This document shows positions 53,101 to 63,539 of a DNA stretch of 64,000 bases, piece after piece. Source of the stretch: an uncultured delta proteobacterium (GTDB lineage Bacteria; Desulfobacterota; Binatia; UBA9968); NCBI GenBank assembly GCA_963816145.1, contig CAWFJP010000002.1, positions 256,001-320,000 of the forward strand, in the 5' to 3' direction. Within the stretch, counting starts at the first letter, position 1. The number at the start of each line of letters is the position of its first letter. A model generated the notes under the pieces. That model did not search any database and had not been told where the DNA came from. It saw only the letters and a program-made list of their open reading frames with translations. The position numbers and the translations under genes are program-made.

Positions 53101-53221
53101 GCTGGGCACCCTCTCGGAAATGTTCTGGGGCGTTCTTGGCATTCCAAAATCAATAATTACCCTTGGCGAGCCGGAAAAAACGGACGAGCCGGCGGAGCCG
53201 GCGAAACCGGCGCCGAAATGA
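50102..53221 (+). CDS. AsmA-like/YhdP family protein
   Basis: N-terminal TM, beta-rich body, C-terminal IPILG..FNITGRIDDP. Confidence 0.85.
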   Translation: MKKLLKIGAFISITGVLFFIVCTVAFYHLVRVGELRSFLIEEIEKNTALKVDLGAADLEVGWVTGVGFRDVSIAMPESAAPEITAARITARVALLPLLHRQIIFYEIRLQQPTVALVGDTEGHLPLLDKLLNLPLLKRENSDFSLDLQSIKIHNGAIDYVDRRTTVSVGEWRLRKADIDIERVRGQKLREFMTDLIARQAGESNGAALHFALKGEVERDHASMQLNASGRLVFPQEALVLNQARWYADIDLVDFPAELIKAQLSAHLPIKSASGHLAQRLHVEGYPDKQLRMKGDLEFKNIAIDAPELLLAPLTGASGRTTFEADWSREKLAIKRADLRIGDVKFTFAGSLGALEGAEPHLSLQLSELSAPLATLRRYLPVRIIESPQWETSLNSIQTGQVVLKGAGVNATLGELRRLAQTGIGKQLWFDAELRDVSGSLAARGTLPLRGVSGRVSLHDGRLTARDLKGAYGDSQLLDVDGSYDLTPSGRGGFELAARGDFNLAELREQLKGEFISESVGKIVASIHELDGRSRVDLTLTRMASEPLQFAGKVALDNARLRYEDYALDEIKGELAFSPKEIKGEKIRAQLSGSPVQLQLTLKDYAADGGSFDLGVESGGVRAGVITRLLLSQGTLNDPGIVRGAVRYRGAFADKNTHKFTGDLELTNVQLMLKPLLQPLRELNGKIKIDETGIDFQSVKGLLVGAPANFSGRWRYAEKPPLLFNFAAPNLDVTYLISQIDAEASEFYAKLQAEGKITLAKGRIKNFEFNDMKCDATIDRRVWRLTNLTARSAGGTVVGGTTIHDRPDTLGIVAEPKIQGVPVQSFLKWFDLTNTEMTGRVNITGKLETVGNSDPELKQNLNGAFNMRIEDGTINRMRVVVQLLNLLDLSRWFTLQLPDLTKQGIRFRAITADFKVVKGVYATENLVVDSSDLRMTGIGKIDVPKDELDFVVAVRPFAGIDSAINQIPILGRGIAAIKNSFLVASFNITGRIDDPTITPAPLGTLSEMFWGVLGIPKSIITLGEPEKTDEPAEPAKPAPK

Positions 53222-53511
53222 AAGCCAAGCTGGCGCTCTACACGCGGCGGGATTGTTGTTTGTGCGACGAGATGAAAGCGGCGATTCGACAAGCCGCCGC
53301 CGCGGCATCGTTCGATTTCGAGGAGATCGACATCGATACCAACCGAGAGCTGCAAGCGCGTTTTAACGATCAAGTGCCGGTGCTCTTCATCGACGGACGC
53401 AAGGCGTTCAAATACCGCGTCACCGCCAAACAGCTGGCAAATCGAATCAGCCGAAAACGTTCGAGACTTTTCACGGGGCTCGCGAGTTTACTGGGAAAGG
53501 GGTCATCATGA
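53218..53511 (+). CDS. Glutaredoxin-like protein (DUF836 type)
   Basis: LYTRRDCCLCD, VPVL. Confidence 0.85.
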   Translation: MKAKLALYTRRDCCLCDEMKAAIRQAAAAASFDFEEIDIDTNRELQARFNDQVPVLFIDGRKAFKYRVTAKQLANRISRKRSRLFTGLASLLGKGSS

Positions 53512-54509
53512 ACGCAAAGCGTCTTCCGCTCTTCCTGCTGATCGTAGTGTTGACTCAAGCGCGCCTAACCTCGGCCGCCGATCGTCTGATCGGCGCACAG
53601 TCGGCGCGGGTCATGTCTCAATCGATGCCGTGGATCGCCGAGGAAACCGGCATTTTTCGGAAGTACAATTTAGAATTTCCGCTGGTCTACATCGGCACCT
53701 CGCCGCTGGCGACGGCGGCGATGTTGGGTGGCGAGGCGCAGCTCTTGATCGACGGCGGGGTCGGTTTGGTGCGCACGGTGGTGGGCGGTAACAACGATCT
53801 GGTGTTCATCGCCGGCATCAAGAATCATTTGACCCAGAGCATACTCGCCAAGCCGGAGATCAAACGACTGGAAGATTTGCGCGGCAAGAAGATCGGCGTC
53901 ACGCGGATCGGCGCGACGACGCATTATTTCGCGATTCAGGCTTTCAAGCGGCGCGGCATGGAAGCGGGCAAGGATTATTCCATGATTCAGACCGGCGGCG
54001 CGCCGGAGATGTTGGCGGCGCTCCTGTCGGGCGCCATTGATGCCGGGACCATGTCGGCGCCCTGGGATGCCCGGGCGATTTCCCAAGGCTATGGTTACGT
54101 TGTCTATGGCCCCGATCTGGCCATCCCGCAAGTGGCCGTGTCGTTCATCACGCGGCGTTCTTTTATTGCGCAAAACTCGCCGCTGCTCGGCCGTTTCATG
54201 CGCGCCATGGCCGAGGCCGCAAAGATTCTCCATACTGATAAAGAAATTGTTTTCAAAGTCCTGAGCAAATATCTGCGCATTGACGATCGCAAGGTGCTCG
54301 AGCAAGCCTATAGCGCTGAGATCAAAGCTCTCGAGCCGCGCATGGAGTTGCGCCTCGAAGCGGTCCAGGCGATCCTCGACGACATTGCGCCCACCGATGC
54401 GCGGGCGCGGAAATACAAACCGCAGGAACTTTACGACCGGCGCTACTTGGACGAAATGGAAAAGAGCGGGTTCATGGACAAGTTATGGAGCGGGGCGGTG
54501 GCGCGATGA
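53508..54509 (+). CDS. ABC substrate-binding protein, NMT1/SsuA family
   Basis: WIAEETGIFRKY, DLRGKKIGVTR. Confidence 0.9.
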   Translation: MNAKRLPLFLLIVVLTQARLTSAADRLIGAQSARVMSQSMPWIAEETGIFRKYNLEFPLVYIGTSPLATAAMLGGEAQLLIDGGVGLVRTVVGGNNDLVFIAGIKNHLTQSILAKPEIKRLEDLRGKKIGVTRIGATTHYFAIQAFKRRGMEAGKDYSMIQTGGAPEMLAALLSGAIDAGTMSAPWDARAISQGYGYVVYGPDLAIPQVAVSFITRRSFIAQNSPLLGRFMRAMAEAAKILHTDKEIVFKVLSKYLRIDDRKVLEQAYSAEIKALEPRMELRLEAVQAILDDIAPTDARARKYKPQELYDRRYLDEMEKSGFMDKLWSGAVAR

Positions 54510-55021
54510 ACGTCGAAGGTCTGACGAAGCTCGCAGGTAGTTCTGCTTAATTATTGTGACGCGGAGACAGAGTTAATTTTCGATTAGAATTTGAGCGGTA
54601 TCAGGATTCTAGGGTTCGATTGATGGAGAATTCAGTTCAATCGTGGATTAATGCTTTGCGGCTGAGCGGCATGTTTTACGTGGTGCCCTTTCAGGCCGCG
54701 TCTTAGATCGTACGAAAACACTGACAAAACCAGTGAAGCACCCGGTAGAGTTTGGACCGCTCCCCCCAAAACGAAGTCGCACCGATGCAACCAGTCGTAG
54801 CCGTTTGAGCTTTCTGAGATCAGGTTGCTCGTCTGACGGGAAATTGGTGCAGCGCCCTCGATAATTGTAATACATTCTCGGAGGCGGCATCTGTTCGGTT
54901 CACTCCAAATATTGGCAGTTTTCAACTTCCCTCAACAGTCCTGCATCCGGCTATCGCTCGCGGTGAGCAGCGCGGCAGAGCGGCGATCAGGGTACTGCGA
55001 AAATAGTCGGGTTAGAACAAA

Positions 55022-55462
55022 TCACGCTACACGTCGTCCGTGGACATAGTCACTAAGCGTTCGTCGCAGATTATCGTACAACACTGGTTTTTGCGAACAA
55101 ACCCCGATTCCGCATCGATTGAGATCGGAAACATCGGGCATCGGATCGTTTTTTACCATTCCGATGACGAATATATTTGGCCTTCTGTCCAGGGCAAACT
55201 GCACAATATATGTCCATTCCGGCATATCAAGATCCACAATCAGCACAGCTGGATCATTGGTTCTGAAATAGGAAATTGCCGTTATCGGGTTGTCTGTCTG
55301 GAAGACGCGATAGCCATCGCAGCTAAGCACGGCTGCAAGAATTACTCTTGAAATCGTCTCATGTTCGACGACGATGGCTGTGATAGGAAACCCGCTGACA
55401 AGTTTCCGTTGTTCATTTGTGTTTTCGTGCTTTTCCAAAATAAGTGCGTCTGGCGTGAACAT
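55022..55462 (-). CDS. Single-domain response regulator
   Basis: IVVEHE, LIVDLDMP, QKP; AAGGGAG RBS. Confidence 0.7.
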   Translation of the reverse strand: MFTPDALILEKHENTNEQRKLVSGFPITAIVVEHETISRVILAAVLSCDGYRVFQTDNPITAISYFRTNDPAVLIVDLDMPEWTYIVQFALDRRPNIFVIGMVKNDPMPDVSDLNRCGIGVCSQKPVLYDNLRRTLSDYVHGRRVA

Positions 55463-55488
55463 ATTTTCTCCCTTCGTTAAACTTACCA

Positions 55489-55785
55489 TCAACGTTGATA
55501 CGGATTCAGCTGGTATTGATTTGGACTATGTGATCGAAAGTTGTTTCTGTTTTGGTACTGTTCCAAGTAGCGATTGGGATTACCCGCAGCTGGTTTTCCG
55601 GTGTAAGGGTTTACCTTTCCAGGATATGACCGGTTGTTATAAGGATTACCGTAGGGCCTACTCCGGTAGTGCCCACCCACGTAGGTTCCGTCTTTCCGCG
55701 TGTATGGATCAACCCAGACCTGAGCACTCGCCACGGTGAGCCAAGTAAAGACAATAGCAACAGTGAGAATGCAGATCTTTTTCAC
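55489..55785 (-). CDS. Small exported protein (YTRKDGTYV..NPYTG motif)
   Basis: GTG start after GGGAG; signal peptide ending ASA; repeated NPY. Confidence 0.75.
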   Translation of the reverse strand: MKKICILTVAIVFTWLTVASAQVWVDPYTRKDGTYVGGHYRSRPYGNPYNNRSYPGKVNPYTGKPAAGNPNRYLEQYQNRNNFRSHSPNQYQLNPYQR

Positions 55786-56339
55786 CTTCGATCTCCCTTC
55801 GAGCGATCCGCCTCTAATTTCGAGAGCAACCGTCGTGCCGATCCCGCATCGAATGAAATCGAGCACTTCGCTTGTATCGTTGTCGCCACTACGTGTCACG
55901 ATGGCAAAGCTTGGCAGAGACAATCTCCGGTGAATGAGACTCTCGAACGTTTTTACGAATACTTGGTAAAATCTCGCCGGGCAGCTTTTGGCAATCAAGA
56001 ACCTTTCCGTATCGGAGCACACAGGGGCGAATAAAAGGAATTCTTGTTTGCGTGCTGTTATTCGCCGTCGCGGCATCACAAACAACGGCTCACTCTACTG
56101 GGTTCGAGACCTGGGCAAGTATTTGCCGCAGGATTGAACTGTAAGACGCTGTAGCACGATCGTATTATCGGGATTAAAGAAGTTAAATGGTCCGATGGTG
56201 GAAGTGCATGTGCCGGCCAAAGAGATCGGGGTGATGGTTGTGCCCGCGGCAATTTGCCAAAGGCAGTCGCACTGATCGCAGACTCGCCATGAGATCGCTC
56301 TAGTGGGTTTGAATTTTCTATCTGCTCCGGAGGCCGGTT

Positions 56340-56758
56340 ATGAGAGCTAACAGATCAAGTGGATTCAGCTTGGGGTTAGTAGTTTTGTCGGCATCGTTGA
56401 TTGTTCCTGTTCACCTCTTTGCCGCGCAACCAGCTCAAGCGCCGGCGGTCAAAGAGCCGCCGAGGCAGACTGCGCCGGCGAGTGATAAGAACACGACTTG
56501 GAAATTGGCTGGGCACTCGCCAGCGATTGCGCGCCGCTGGACATCCTGAGCAAGCGGGGACCGGCTCAAGGTGACATCAAGAGTCTTAAGCAGTTAGCCG
56601 ACATGCTCAAGGACAACGGGCACGAGGCGGAGATGAAAGAATTTAAAGCCGGCATCCGGCCGGCGGTGGAAGTGCGGTCGCCGTCAGCCGGGATTCACGT
56701 CATGTTCATACACCAAGAGCACTGTGACAAGAAACCGCCGGCGGTTGAGAAGAAGTAG
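56340..56758 (+). pseudogene. Exported hypothetical protein split by a frameshift near 56517
   Basis: Signal-peptide ORF 56340-56549 overlaps ORF 56498-56758; joined reading WKLAGH..SDCAPL. Confidence 0.55.
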
Positions 56759-56760
56759 GG

Positions 56761-58596
56761 CTAATCTTCCTGTTCGTGGCGCCGCCGCGGCCGGTCGGCC
56801 TGTTTGAGAATCTTCTTGCGCAGCCGAATCGACTGCGGCGTCACTTCCACCAATTCATCGTCGGCGATCCATTCCAAGGCGGCTTCCAGGCCCATTTCCC
56901 GGTGCGGTGAGATGATGATGTTTTCGTCCTTGCCGGCGGCGCGCATGTTGGTGAGCTTTTTCTCTTTACAGACGTTGACGTTAAGATCGTTTTCGCGCGA
57001 GTACTCGCCGACCACCATGCCTTCGTAGACTTTGGTGCCGGGCGCGATGAACAAGACGCCGCGTTCCTGCAAGTGATATATCGCGTAGGGCGGGGCCACG
57101 CCTTCGCGGTCGGCGACCATGGCGGCGTTGGTGCGCGATTGAATCGGCCCATGCCACGGCTCCCAGCCGTTGAACAGCGCGTTCATGATGCCGGTGCCGC
57201 GGGTGTCGGTGAGAAAGCGCGAGCGAAAGCCAATCAAGCCGCGCGACGGCACGGCGAATTCCAAGCGCACGCGGCTCGTGCCGGCGTGGATCATCTTGGT
57301 CATCTTGCCCTTGCGCATGGCCAACAGCTGCGACACCACGCCGATAAAATCTTCGGGAATGTCGATCACCAGCAGTTCCATCGGTTCGTGGACCACGCCG
57401 TCAATTTCACGGGTGATGACCGTGGGCTTGGAGACCATCATTTCGTAACCTTCGCGGCGCATGGTCTCGATGACGATGGCCAGAGCGAATTCACCGCGCC
57501 CGGTGACTTGGAAGGCATCGGCGGTGGCGGTCTCTTCGACGCGCAGACTGACATTGCGCCGGGCCTCGAAGAACAAGCGTTCGCGCAGTTTACGCGAGGT
57601 GACATGCTCGCCTTCACGGCCGGACCAGGGCGAATTGTTGGCGATGAACAACATTGCGATGGTCGGCTCGTCGATGCGTAGCGGCGGCAGGGCCAGCGGC
57701 TTTTCCCGGTCGGTGATGGTGTCACCGATGCCAATGTCTTCAATGCCGGCAATGGCGGCGATGTCACCGGCTTGCACCGAGGGGACCTCGACGCGCTTGA
57801 GCCCTTGCCAGCCGTAGACTTGGGTAATTTTGACGACCTCTTGCTTGCCGCCGACGCGGCAGAGCATGTATTGCCCCGGCGCTAGGGAGCCGTTTTTGAC
57901 TCGGCCCACGGCGAGCCGGCCGACGTAGTCGTTGTAATCGAGGTTGTTGGCTTGGAATTGTGTCGGCATCGCCGGGTCATAGCTGGGCTCCGGCAGTGTG
58001 TTGACGATTAGCTCGAACATCGGCTTCAAATTTTCACCAGGGTGTTTCAGATCCAATGTCGCGGTGCCGGCGCGGGCGTTGGTATAGACGACCGGAAAGT
58101 CGAGCTGGTCTTCGCTGGCGTCGAGATCGATAAACAGATCGTAGATTTCGTCGAGCACCTCGGCGATGCGCGCGTCCGGCCGGTCGATTTTGTTGATGCA
58201 GACGATCGGGGTGAGTTTGGCTTCGAGCGCCTTTTTTAAGACGAAGCGGGTCTGCGGCAGCGGGCCTTCCGAGGCGTCGACCAGCAGCATGACGCCATCG
58301 ACCATCGCCAAGGTCCTTTCCACTTCGCCGCCGAAGTCGGCGTGGCCGGGGGTGTCGACGATATTGATCTTGACGTTGGCGTAATGGATCGAGGTGTTTT
58401 TTGCCATGATCGTGATGCCGCGCTCGCGTTCGAGGTCCATGGAGTCCATGACCCGCTCGGCGACCTGTTCGTTGGCGCGGAAAATGCCGCTCTGGTGCAG
58501 CAAGGCGTCGACCAAAGTGGTTTTGCCATGGTCGACGTGGGCGATGATCGCGATGTTGCGCAGATCGCCGCGGTGGGCGAGTTGAGCTTGAGTCAT
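56761..58596 (-). CDS. typA: Translational GTPase TypA/BipA
   Basis: [33 protein letters not shown]. Confidence 0.98.
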   Translation of the reverse strand: MTQAQLAHRGDLRNIAIIAHVDHGKTTLVDALLHQSGIFRANEQVAERVMDSMDLERERGITIMAKNTSIHYANVKINIVDTPGHADFGGEVERTLAMVDGVMLLVDASEGPLPQTRFVLKKALEAKLTPIVCINKIDRPDARIAEVLDEIYDLFIDLDASEDQLDFPVVYTNARAGTATLDLKHPGENLKPMFELIVNTLPEPSYDPAMPTQFQANNLDYNDYVGRLAVGRVKNGSLAPGQYMLCRVGGKQEVVKITQVYGWQGLKRVEVPSVQAGDIAAIAGIEDIGIGDTITDREKPLALPPLRIDEPTIAMLFIANNSPWSGREGEHVTSRKLRERLFFEARRNVSLRVEETATADAFQVTGRGEFALAIVIETMRREGYEMMVSKPTVITREIDGVVHEPMELLVIDIPEDFIGVVSQLLAMRKGKMTKMIHAGTSRVRLEFAVPSRGLIGFRSRFLTDTRGTGIMNALFNGWEPWHGPIQSRTNAAMVADREGVAPPYAIYHLQERGVLFIAPGTKVYEGMVVGEYSRENDLNVNVCKEKKLTNMRAAGKDENIIISPHREMGLEAALEWIADDELVEVTPQSIRLRKKILKQADRPRRRHEQED

Positions 58597-58720
58597 AACC
58601 GAGTGTTATTAAAGTTCGACCGTGCGAAGTCAAGCTGGCAAGGAAAAGTCCCGCAATTCTCAGGCATTGGAAGTCGTTACCTTGCGATTGCCGGTGTCGT
58701 AGAGTATTTTTAAAGATTAC

Positions 58721-60460
58721 ATGGGGCGGCTGTGGCAATATCTAAGGCGATACTCGAAGCGCTACTTGATTGGTGGGGTATGCCTGCTCGGCACCGCGAC
58801 CCTGGTCATGATGATTCCCTGGTGGACCCGGGCTGTGGTGCGCATCATCGAGCAGGGAGGGTCGCTTGGCGATGTGAGGTTTTACGCCTTGCTAATCATC
58901 GCTGCGGCGGTCTTGCAAGGTTTCGTGCGCACCTACTCGCGGGCGTTGATTTTCAACGCCGGCCGCGATGTCGAATACGATCTGCGCAACGATCTGTTCT
59001 CGCACCTGGAAAAACTGCCGCTGGCTTTTTATCAAGCCAACCGTACCGGCGATCTGATGTCACGGGTGATCAACGATATCTCCGCCGTGCGCGTCATGCT
59101 CGGCCCCGGCGTGCTCAATTTCGCCAACGCGCCGCTCTATTACGTCTATGCGGTCGTTCTCATGCTGTCGATGGATGTGCGCATGACTCTGGCGGCGTTG
59201 GCGCCTTTCCCCCTGCTCATGTTTGTCGCTCGGGTATTTCGCGGTCGGATCATGAAGAGTTCGCTCGAAGTGCAGCAGCAGATGTCGGTATTGAGCAGCC
59301 ATGTGCAGGAAAACTTGAGCGGCATGCATGTGGTCAAAGCCTATTCCCAGGAAGAGTTTCAAACCCAGCAGTTCGTCGGCCTCAACAAAGACTACGAAGT
59401 CAAAAGCATGCAGATGGCCAAGATGCGCGGCATTGTCAATCCGGTGATGCAGGGAATTAACGGCCTCACCGTGCTGATCGTCATCTGGTACGGCGGCGTG
59501 CGGGTCATGCGCGGCGATTTGTTGGTGGCGGATATCGTCGCGTTCATCGCCTATCTGAACGTTTTAGCCTGGCCGACCGCAGCCTTTGGCTGGATGCTAT
59601 CGCTGGTCGAGCGCGGCCGGGCAGCGATGGGCCGGCTCGAGGAAATTCTCGAAACCGAGCCGGCCATCGCCAGCCCAGCGGCGCCGTTGCCCGTGCAAGG
59701 ACTTAAAGACGGCATCGAATTTCGCAATGTCTCGTTCGCCTACAATAGCCAACGCAACGGTCACTCGGCTCTCAAAGGAATCAGCTTCAAACTCACAGTC
59801 GGCAAGTCGGTCGGATTGGTCGGCCGCATCGGTTCGGGCAAGAGCACGGTTGCTCAACTGGTGCCGCGGCTGTTTGACGTCAGCAGCGGCGAGATTCTCT
59901 TGGACGGCCGCAACCTCACCCAGCTGACGCTATCGGATCTGCGCCGGATGATGGGTTATGTGCCCCAGGACCCGTTTCTGTTTTCGAACACGCTACGCCG
60001 TAATATTGCCCTGGGCCGCGAAGAGTATAGCGAAGGAGAGCTTGACCGGGCGATCAAGATCGCCAAGCTTGACCGAGATTTGGAAATCTTTCCCAAAGGT
60101 TTGGAAACCATGGTCGGCGAGCGCGGCGTGACGCTATCCGGCGGGCAAAAACAGCGCGCGACGTTGGCGCGGGCACTGATCATGGACTCGCCGGTGTTAG
60201 TGCTGGACGACTGTTTGTCGAGCGTCGATGCTCAAACCGAGGCGGAGATTCTCGCTGGGCTAAGGCACTTTCTCAAGGAAAAAACCTGCCTGATTATCTC
60301 GCACCGCATTTCGGCGGTGAAAGCGGCCGATGAGATTCTGGTTCTCGACGAAGGCGAGATCATCGAGCGCGGCGATCACGAAGCCCTGGTGCGCCGGGGC
60401 GGCGTCTATGCGGATCTCTACCAGCAGCAACGCTTGAGCGAGGAGCTCGAACAAATCTAA
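58721..60460 (+). CDS. ABC exporter, permease + ATPase (MdlA-like)
   Basis: TMD, GRIGSGKS, LSGGQKQR, degenerate LDD Walker B. Confidence 0.93.
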   Translation: MGRLWQYLRRYSKRYLIGGVCLLGTATLVMMIPWWTRAVVRIIEQGGSLGDVRFYALLIIAAAVLQGFVRTYSRALIFNAGRDVEYDLRNDLFSHLEKLPLAFYQANRTGDLMSRVINDISAVRVMLGPGVLNFANAPLYYVYAVVLMLSMDVRMTLAALAPFPLLMFVARVFRGRIMKSSLEVQQQMSVLSSHVQENLSGMHVVKAYSQEEFQTQQFVGLNKDYEVKSMQMAKMRGIVNPVMQGINGLTVLIVIWYGGVRVMRGDLLVADIVAFIAYLNVLAWPTAAFGWMLSLVERGRAAMGRLEEILETEPAIASPAAPLPVQGLKDGIEFRNVSFAYNSQRNGHSALKGISFKLTVGKSVGLVGRIGSGKSTVAQLVPRLFDVSSGEILLDGRNLTQLTLSDLRRMMGYVPQDPFLFSNTLRRNIALGREEYSEGELDRAIKIAKLDRDLEIFPKGLETMVGERGVTLSGGQKQRATLARALIMDSPVLVLDDCLSSVDAQTEAEILAGLRHFLKEKTCLIISHRISAVKAADEILVLDEGEIIERGDHEALVRRGGVYADLYQQQRLSEELEQI

Positions 60461-62274
60461 TGGCCCAGGCAGCGGAGCAAGAGGAAGTCCTCGGCAAAGC
60501 CTACGACCTGCGGCTGATCCAGCGCTTGTGGAAGTTCATTATTCCTTACAAGCGGTTGTTTTACTTCACCATGCTGCTGTTGCCGCTGCAGCAAGCCTTC
60601 GGCGTGGCCCAGCCCTATTTAATGAAGATTGGTATCGACCGATACATCGCCGGCAAGGATCTTTGGGGTTTGAAGAATGTCATGCTGCTGTTCCTCGCCG
60701 CCCTGATCGGCGAGGCCGTGGCGGCGTTCGCGCACCAGTATTTCTCCATGCTGGTGGCGCAGCGCTGTTTGGCCGACATGCGGGCGGCGGTTTTTGCCCA
60801 TGTGCAGAAACTGCCGATGAGTTATTTCGACCGCAATCCTGTGGGCCGATTGGTGACGCGCATGACGACCGATGTCGACGTACTCCAGGAAATGTTTTCC
60901 TCAGGCGTGCTGACCCTGCTCTCCGATTTTATCATGGTGGTGTGGATCGTCAGCATCATGTTCTATCTGAATGTCGGCTTGGCCTTGGTGTCCTTGGCGT
61001 TGATCCCGCCGATGATGTTCGCCATCAACTTTTTCCGCGTCAAAGCGCGGCAGAACTACCGCCAGATCCGCGAGCGCATCGCCCGGGTGAACGCCTATCT
61101 GGGAGAGGCGATTTCCGGCATGACGGTGATCCATCTGTTTTCTCGCGAGGCGAAAACCTACCGCGAGTTCGAAGAACTCAACGCCGATCATCGCGACGCG
61201 TATCATCTGTCGAACACCTACGAGGCGGCACTCTATTCCATGGTCGAGGCCGCCGGATCGGTGAGCTTAGGGCTTTTGCTCTGGTACGGCGGCGGCGAGG
61301 TTTTGCACGGTATCATCGGCATCGGCACAGTGGTGGCTTTCAAGGAATACGTGAACCGGTTCTATGTGCCGATGCGCGATTTTAGCCAGAAGTACGCGGT
61401 CATGCAGTCGGCGATGGCGTCGGCGGAGCGGATTTTTCAACTGCTGGATACGCCGGTCGATATTCAAAATATCCAAAACGCCCTGGTGCCCAAGCCGTTT
61501 CGCGGCGAAGTGGTTTTCGACAACGTCTGGTTCAACTACAAAGCCGGCGATCCGGTCTTGAAAGGCGTCTCGTTCCGCATTGCGCCGGGAGAGAAAGTCG
61601 CCGTCGTCGGCGCCACCGGCTCCGGCAAGACGACGACTATCAAGCTGCTCAACCGCTCCTACGATATTCAACAGGGTTCGATCAAAGTCAGCGGCGTCGA
61701 CGTGCGCGAGTGGGATCTCCACGCGCTGCGCCGCCATATCGGCGTGGTGTTGCAGGATGTGTTTTTGTTTTCCGGCGATGTGCGCGGCAACTTGATCCTG
61801 GGCGATCCCACGGTTTCCCAAGAGCGCGTCGAACAAGCGGCGAAGCATGCCAATGCCGATCAATTTATTCGCCAGTTGCCCGACGGCTACCTCTCCCAGG
61901 TGCGCGAACGAGGCAGCAACTTCTCGGCGGGGCAACGGCAACTCTTGTCGCTCGCGCGGGTGCTGGTGTTCCGGCCAGAAATATTGGTGATGGACGAGGC
62001 GACTTCTAGCGTCGACACCGAGACCGAAGCATTGATCCAAGATGCGCTGGAGAAAGTCATGCGCGACCGGACTTGTCTGTTGATCGCGCATCGGCTGTCG
62101 ACGATCCGCAATGCTGACCGGATTATCGTGCTGCACCATGGCGAGGTGCGCGAGATGGGTTCCCACGCCGAGCTGATGGAACAGCGCGGCATCTATCACC
62201 GGCTGTACCAGCTGCAGTACGAGCGCGAGGAGTTAAAGCTCACCGGCCATGTCGAATCCAAGGTTGTTGCCTAG
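60460..62274 (+). CDS. ABC exporter, permease + ATPase (MdlB-like)
   Basis: GATGSGKT, FSAGQRQ, MDEATS; heterodimer partner. Confidence 0.93.
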   Translation: MAQAAEQEEVLGKAYDLRLIQRLWKFIIPYKRLFYFTMLLLPLQQAFGVAQPYLMKIGIDRYIAGKDLWGLKNVMLLFLAALIGEAVAAFAHQYFSMLVAQRCLADMRAAVFAHVQKLPMSYFDRNPVGRLVTRMTTDVDVLQEMFSSGVLTLLSDFIMVVWIVSIMFYLNVGLALVSLALIPPMMFAINFFRVKARQNYRQIRERIARVNAYLGEAISGMTVIHLFSREAKTYREFEELNADHRDAYHLSNTYEAALYSMVEAAGSVSLGLLLWYGGGEVLHGIIGIGTVVAFKEYVNRFYVPMRDFSQKYAVMQSAMASAERIFQLLDTPVDIQNIQNALVPKPFRGEVVFDNVWFNYKAGDPVLKGVSFRIAPGEKVAVVGATGSGKTTTIKLLNRSYDIQQGSIKVSGVDVREWDLHALRRHIGVVLQDVFLFSGDVRGNLILGDPTVSQERVEQAAKHANADQFIRQLPDGYLSQVRERGSNFSAGQRQLLSLARVLVFRPEILVMDEATSSVDTETEALIQDALEKVMRDRTCLLIAHRLSTIRNADRIIVLHHGEVREMGSHAELMEQRGIYHRLYQLQYEREELKLTGHVESKVVA

Positions 62275-63391
62275 CAATCTCGTGCGCGCTGTCCTTGGGA
62301 GATCATTGCGGTTTGTTCGTCTAAATCGAGCGGCCTCTTTTCAGTCCATCCGAGTCGGAGTATTGGTAATGACGCTCATGTCTTTGCTTTCCGCCTGTTC
62401 TCCGATCTACGTTCTGCGCGCCGCCTATGAAGAGGGAAAAATTCTCTGGCGCCGCCAACCGATCGCGGAATATATCCAGCAGCCGGATGTTAACGCCGAG
62501 ACCCAGGAGAAGCTCAAAACCGTTCTGGCGGTGCGCGAGTATGCCCGCGATGTTCTCAAGCTCAACGTCGGCGGCAGCTATGGGAGCTACTCCTACGTCG
62601 ATCGGCCGGACCTGACCTACGTTGTCGTCGCCGCGCCTAAGACCGAGCTGCGGCCTTACACCTGGTGGTTTCTGATCGTCGGCAGCGTGCCGTACAAGGG
62701 TTACTTCTCCAAGCAAGATGCTGAGGAAGAAATCGAACGTTTGAAGGCCGAAGGCTACGACACCAATCTGCGCACCTCGGCGGCGTTCAGCACTCTCGGC
62801 TGGTTCGACGATCCGTTGTTATCCCATCTGCTCAAGTACGACAAAGTCGGGCTTGCGGAAATTGTGTTTCACGAACTGTTTCACAACACGCTCTACATCA
62901 GCGGGCAAGGCGCTTTCAACGAAAGCGTCGCCAACTTCATCGGTCATCGAGCTGCGATTGAGTTTTTTCGCGTCAAATATGGCGCCGACAGCGCTGAACA
63001 CAAGCGCGCGCTCGAGTGGTGGAGCGAAGAGCGGGAATTCGGAGCGTTTGTCGCGGAAGTCGTGCGCGATTTGACTGAACTGTACAAGAGCGAGATCCCG
63101 CGCGCCGACAAACTGCGGCTGCGCGAGCTGGTTTTTAGCCGCAGCAAGGCCGAATGGGCGCGCCGCATCGCCGAGCGGCCGACGCACCGCTTCCGCGGCT
63201 TCAGCCAACAGCCGTTCAACAATGCGGTACTGATGCACTACGCGGTTTACTTACAAGATTTGGACTTGTTCGAGTTGCTATATGACACCGCTGGACAGAA
63301 GCTGCCCAAAACCATTGAGCTATTGCAACAAGCCGTGGCGAACGGTGGCGATCCATTCGAGGCAGTGCGGCAATTAGTGAAGAATAATTAG
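62249..63391 (+). CDS. Putative zinc aminopeptidase lipoprotein (start uncertain)
   Basis: LLSAC lipobox, STLGWFDDP, HELFH..FNE. Confidence 0.85.
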   Translation: MSNPRLLPSNLVRAVLGRSLRFVRLNRAASFQSIRVGVLVMTLMSLLSACSPIYVLRAAYEEGKILWRRQPIAEYIQQPDVNAETQEKLKTVLAVREYARDVLKLNVGGSYGSYSYVDRPDLTYVVVAAPKTELRPYTWWFLIVGSVPYKGYFSKQDAEEEIERLKAEGYDTNLRTSAAFSTLGWFDDPLLSHLLKYDKVGLAEIVFHELFHNTLYISGQGAFNESVANFIGHRAAIEFFRVKYGADSAEHKRALEWWSEEREFGAFVAEVVRDLTELYKSEIPRADKLRLRELVFSRSKAEWARRIAERPTHRFRGFSQQPFNNAVLMHYAVYLQDLDLFELLYDTAGQKLPKTIELLQQAVANGGDPFEAVRQLVKNN

Positions 63392-63444
63392 CCGCAGCGC
63401 TCCGATTGAGGTTAACCCGCGATCAAATGCGAAGATTATTATTT

Positions 63445-63513
63445 ACCACGAAGCGCGCGAGGGGTTAGGATAATTAAAATTCTGAACTTCGTGATCTTCG
63501 TGTCCTTCGCGGT
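63445..63513. repeat. Inverted repeat element ACCACGAAG../..CTTCGTGTCCTTCGCGGT
   Basis: 9-nt-unit arms between convergent genes; related half copy at 4010-4036. Confidence 0.6.
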
Positions 63514-63539
63514 GAGATAGTATCTCCCTATGCGGCTGG

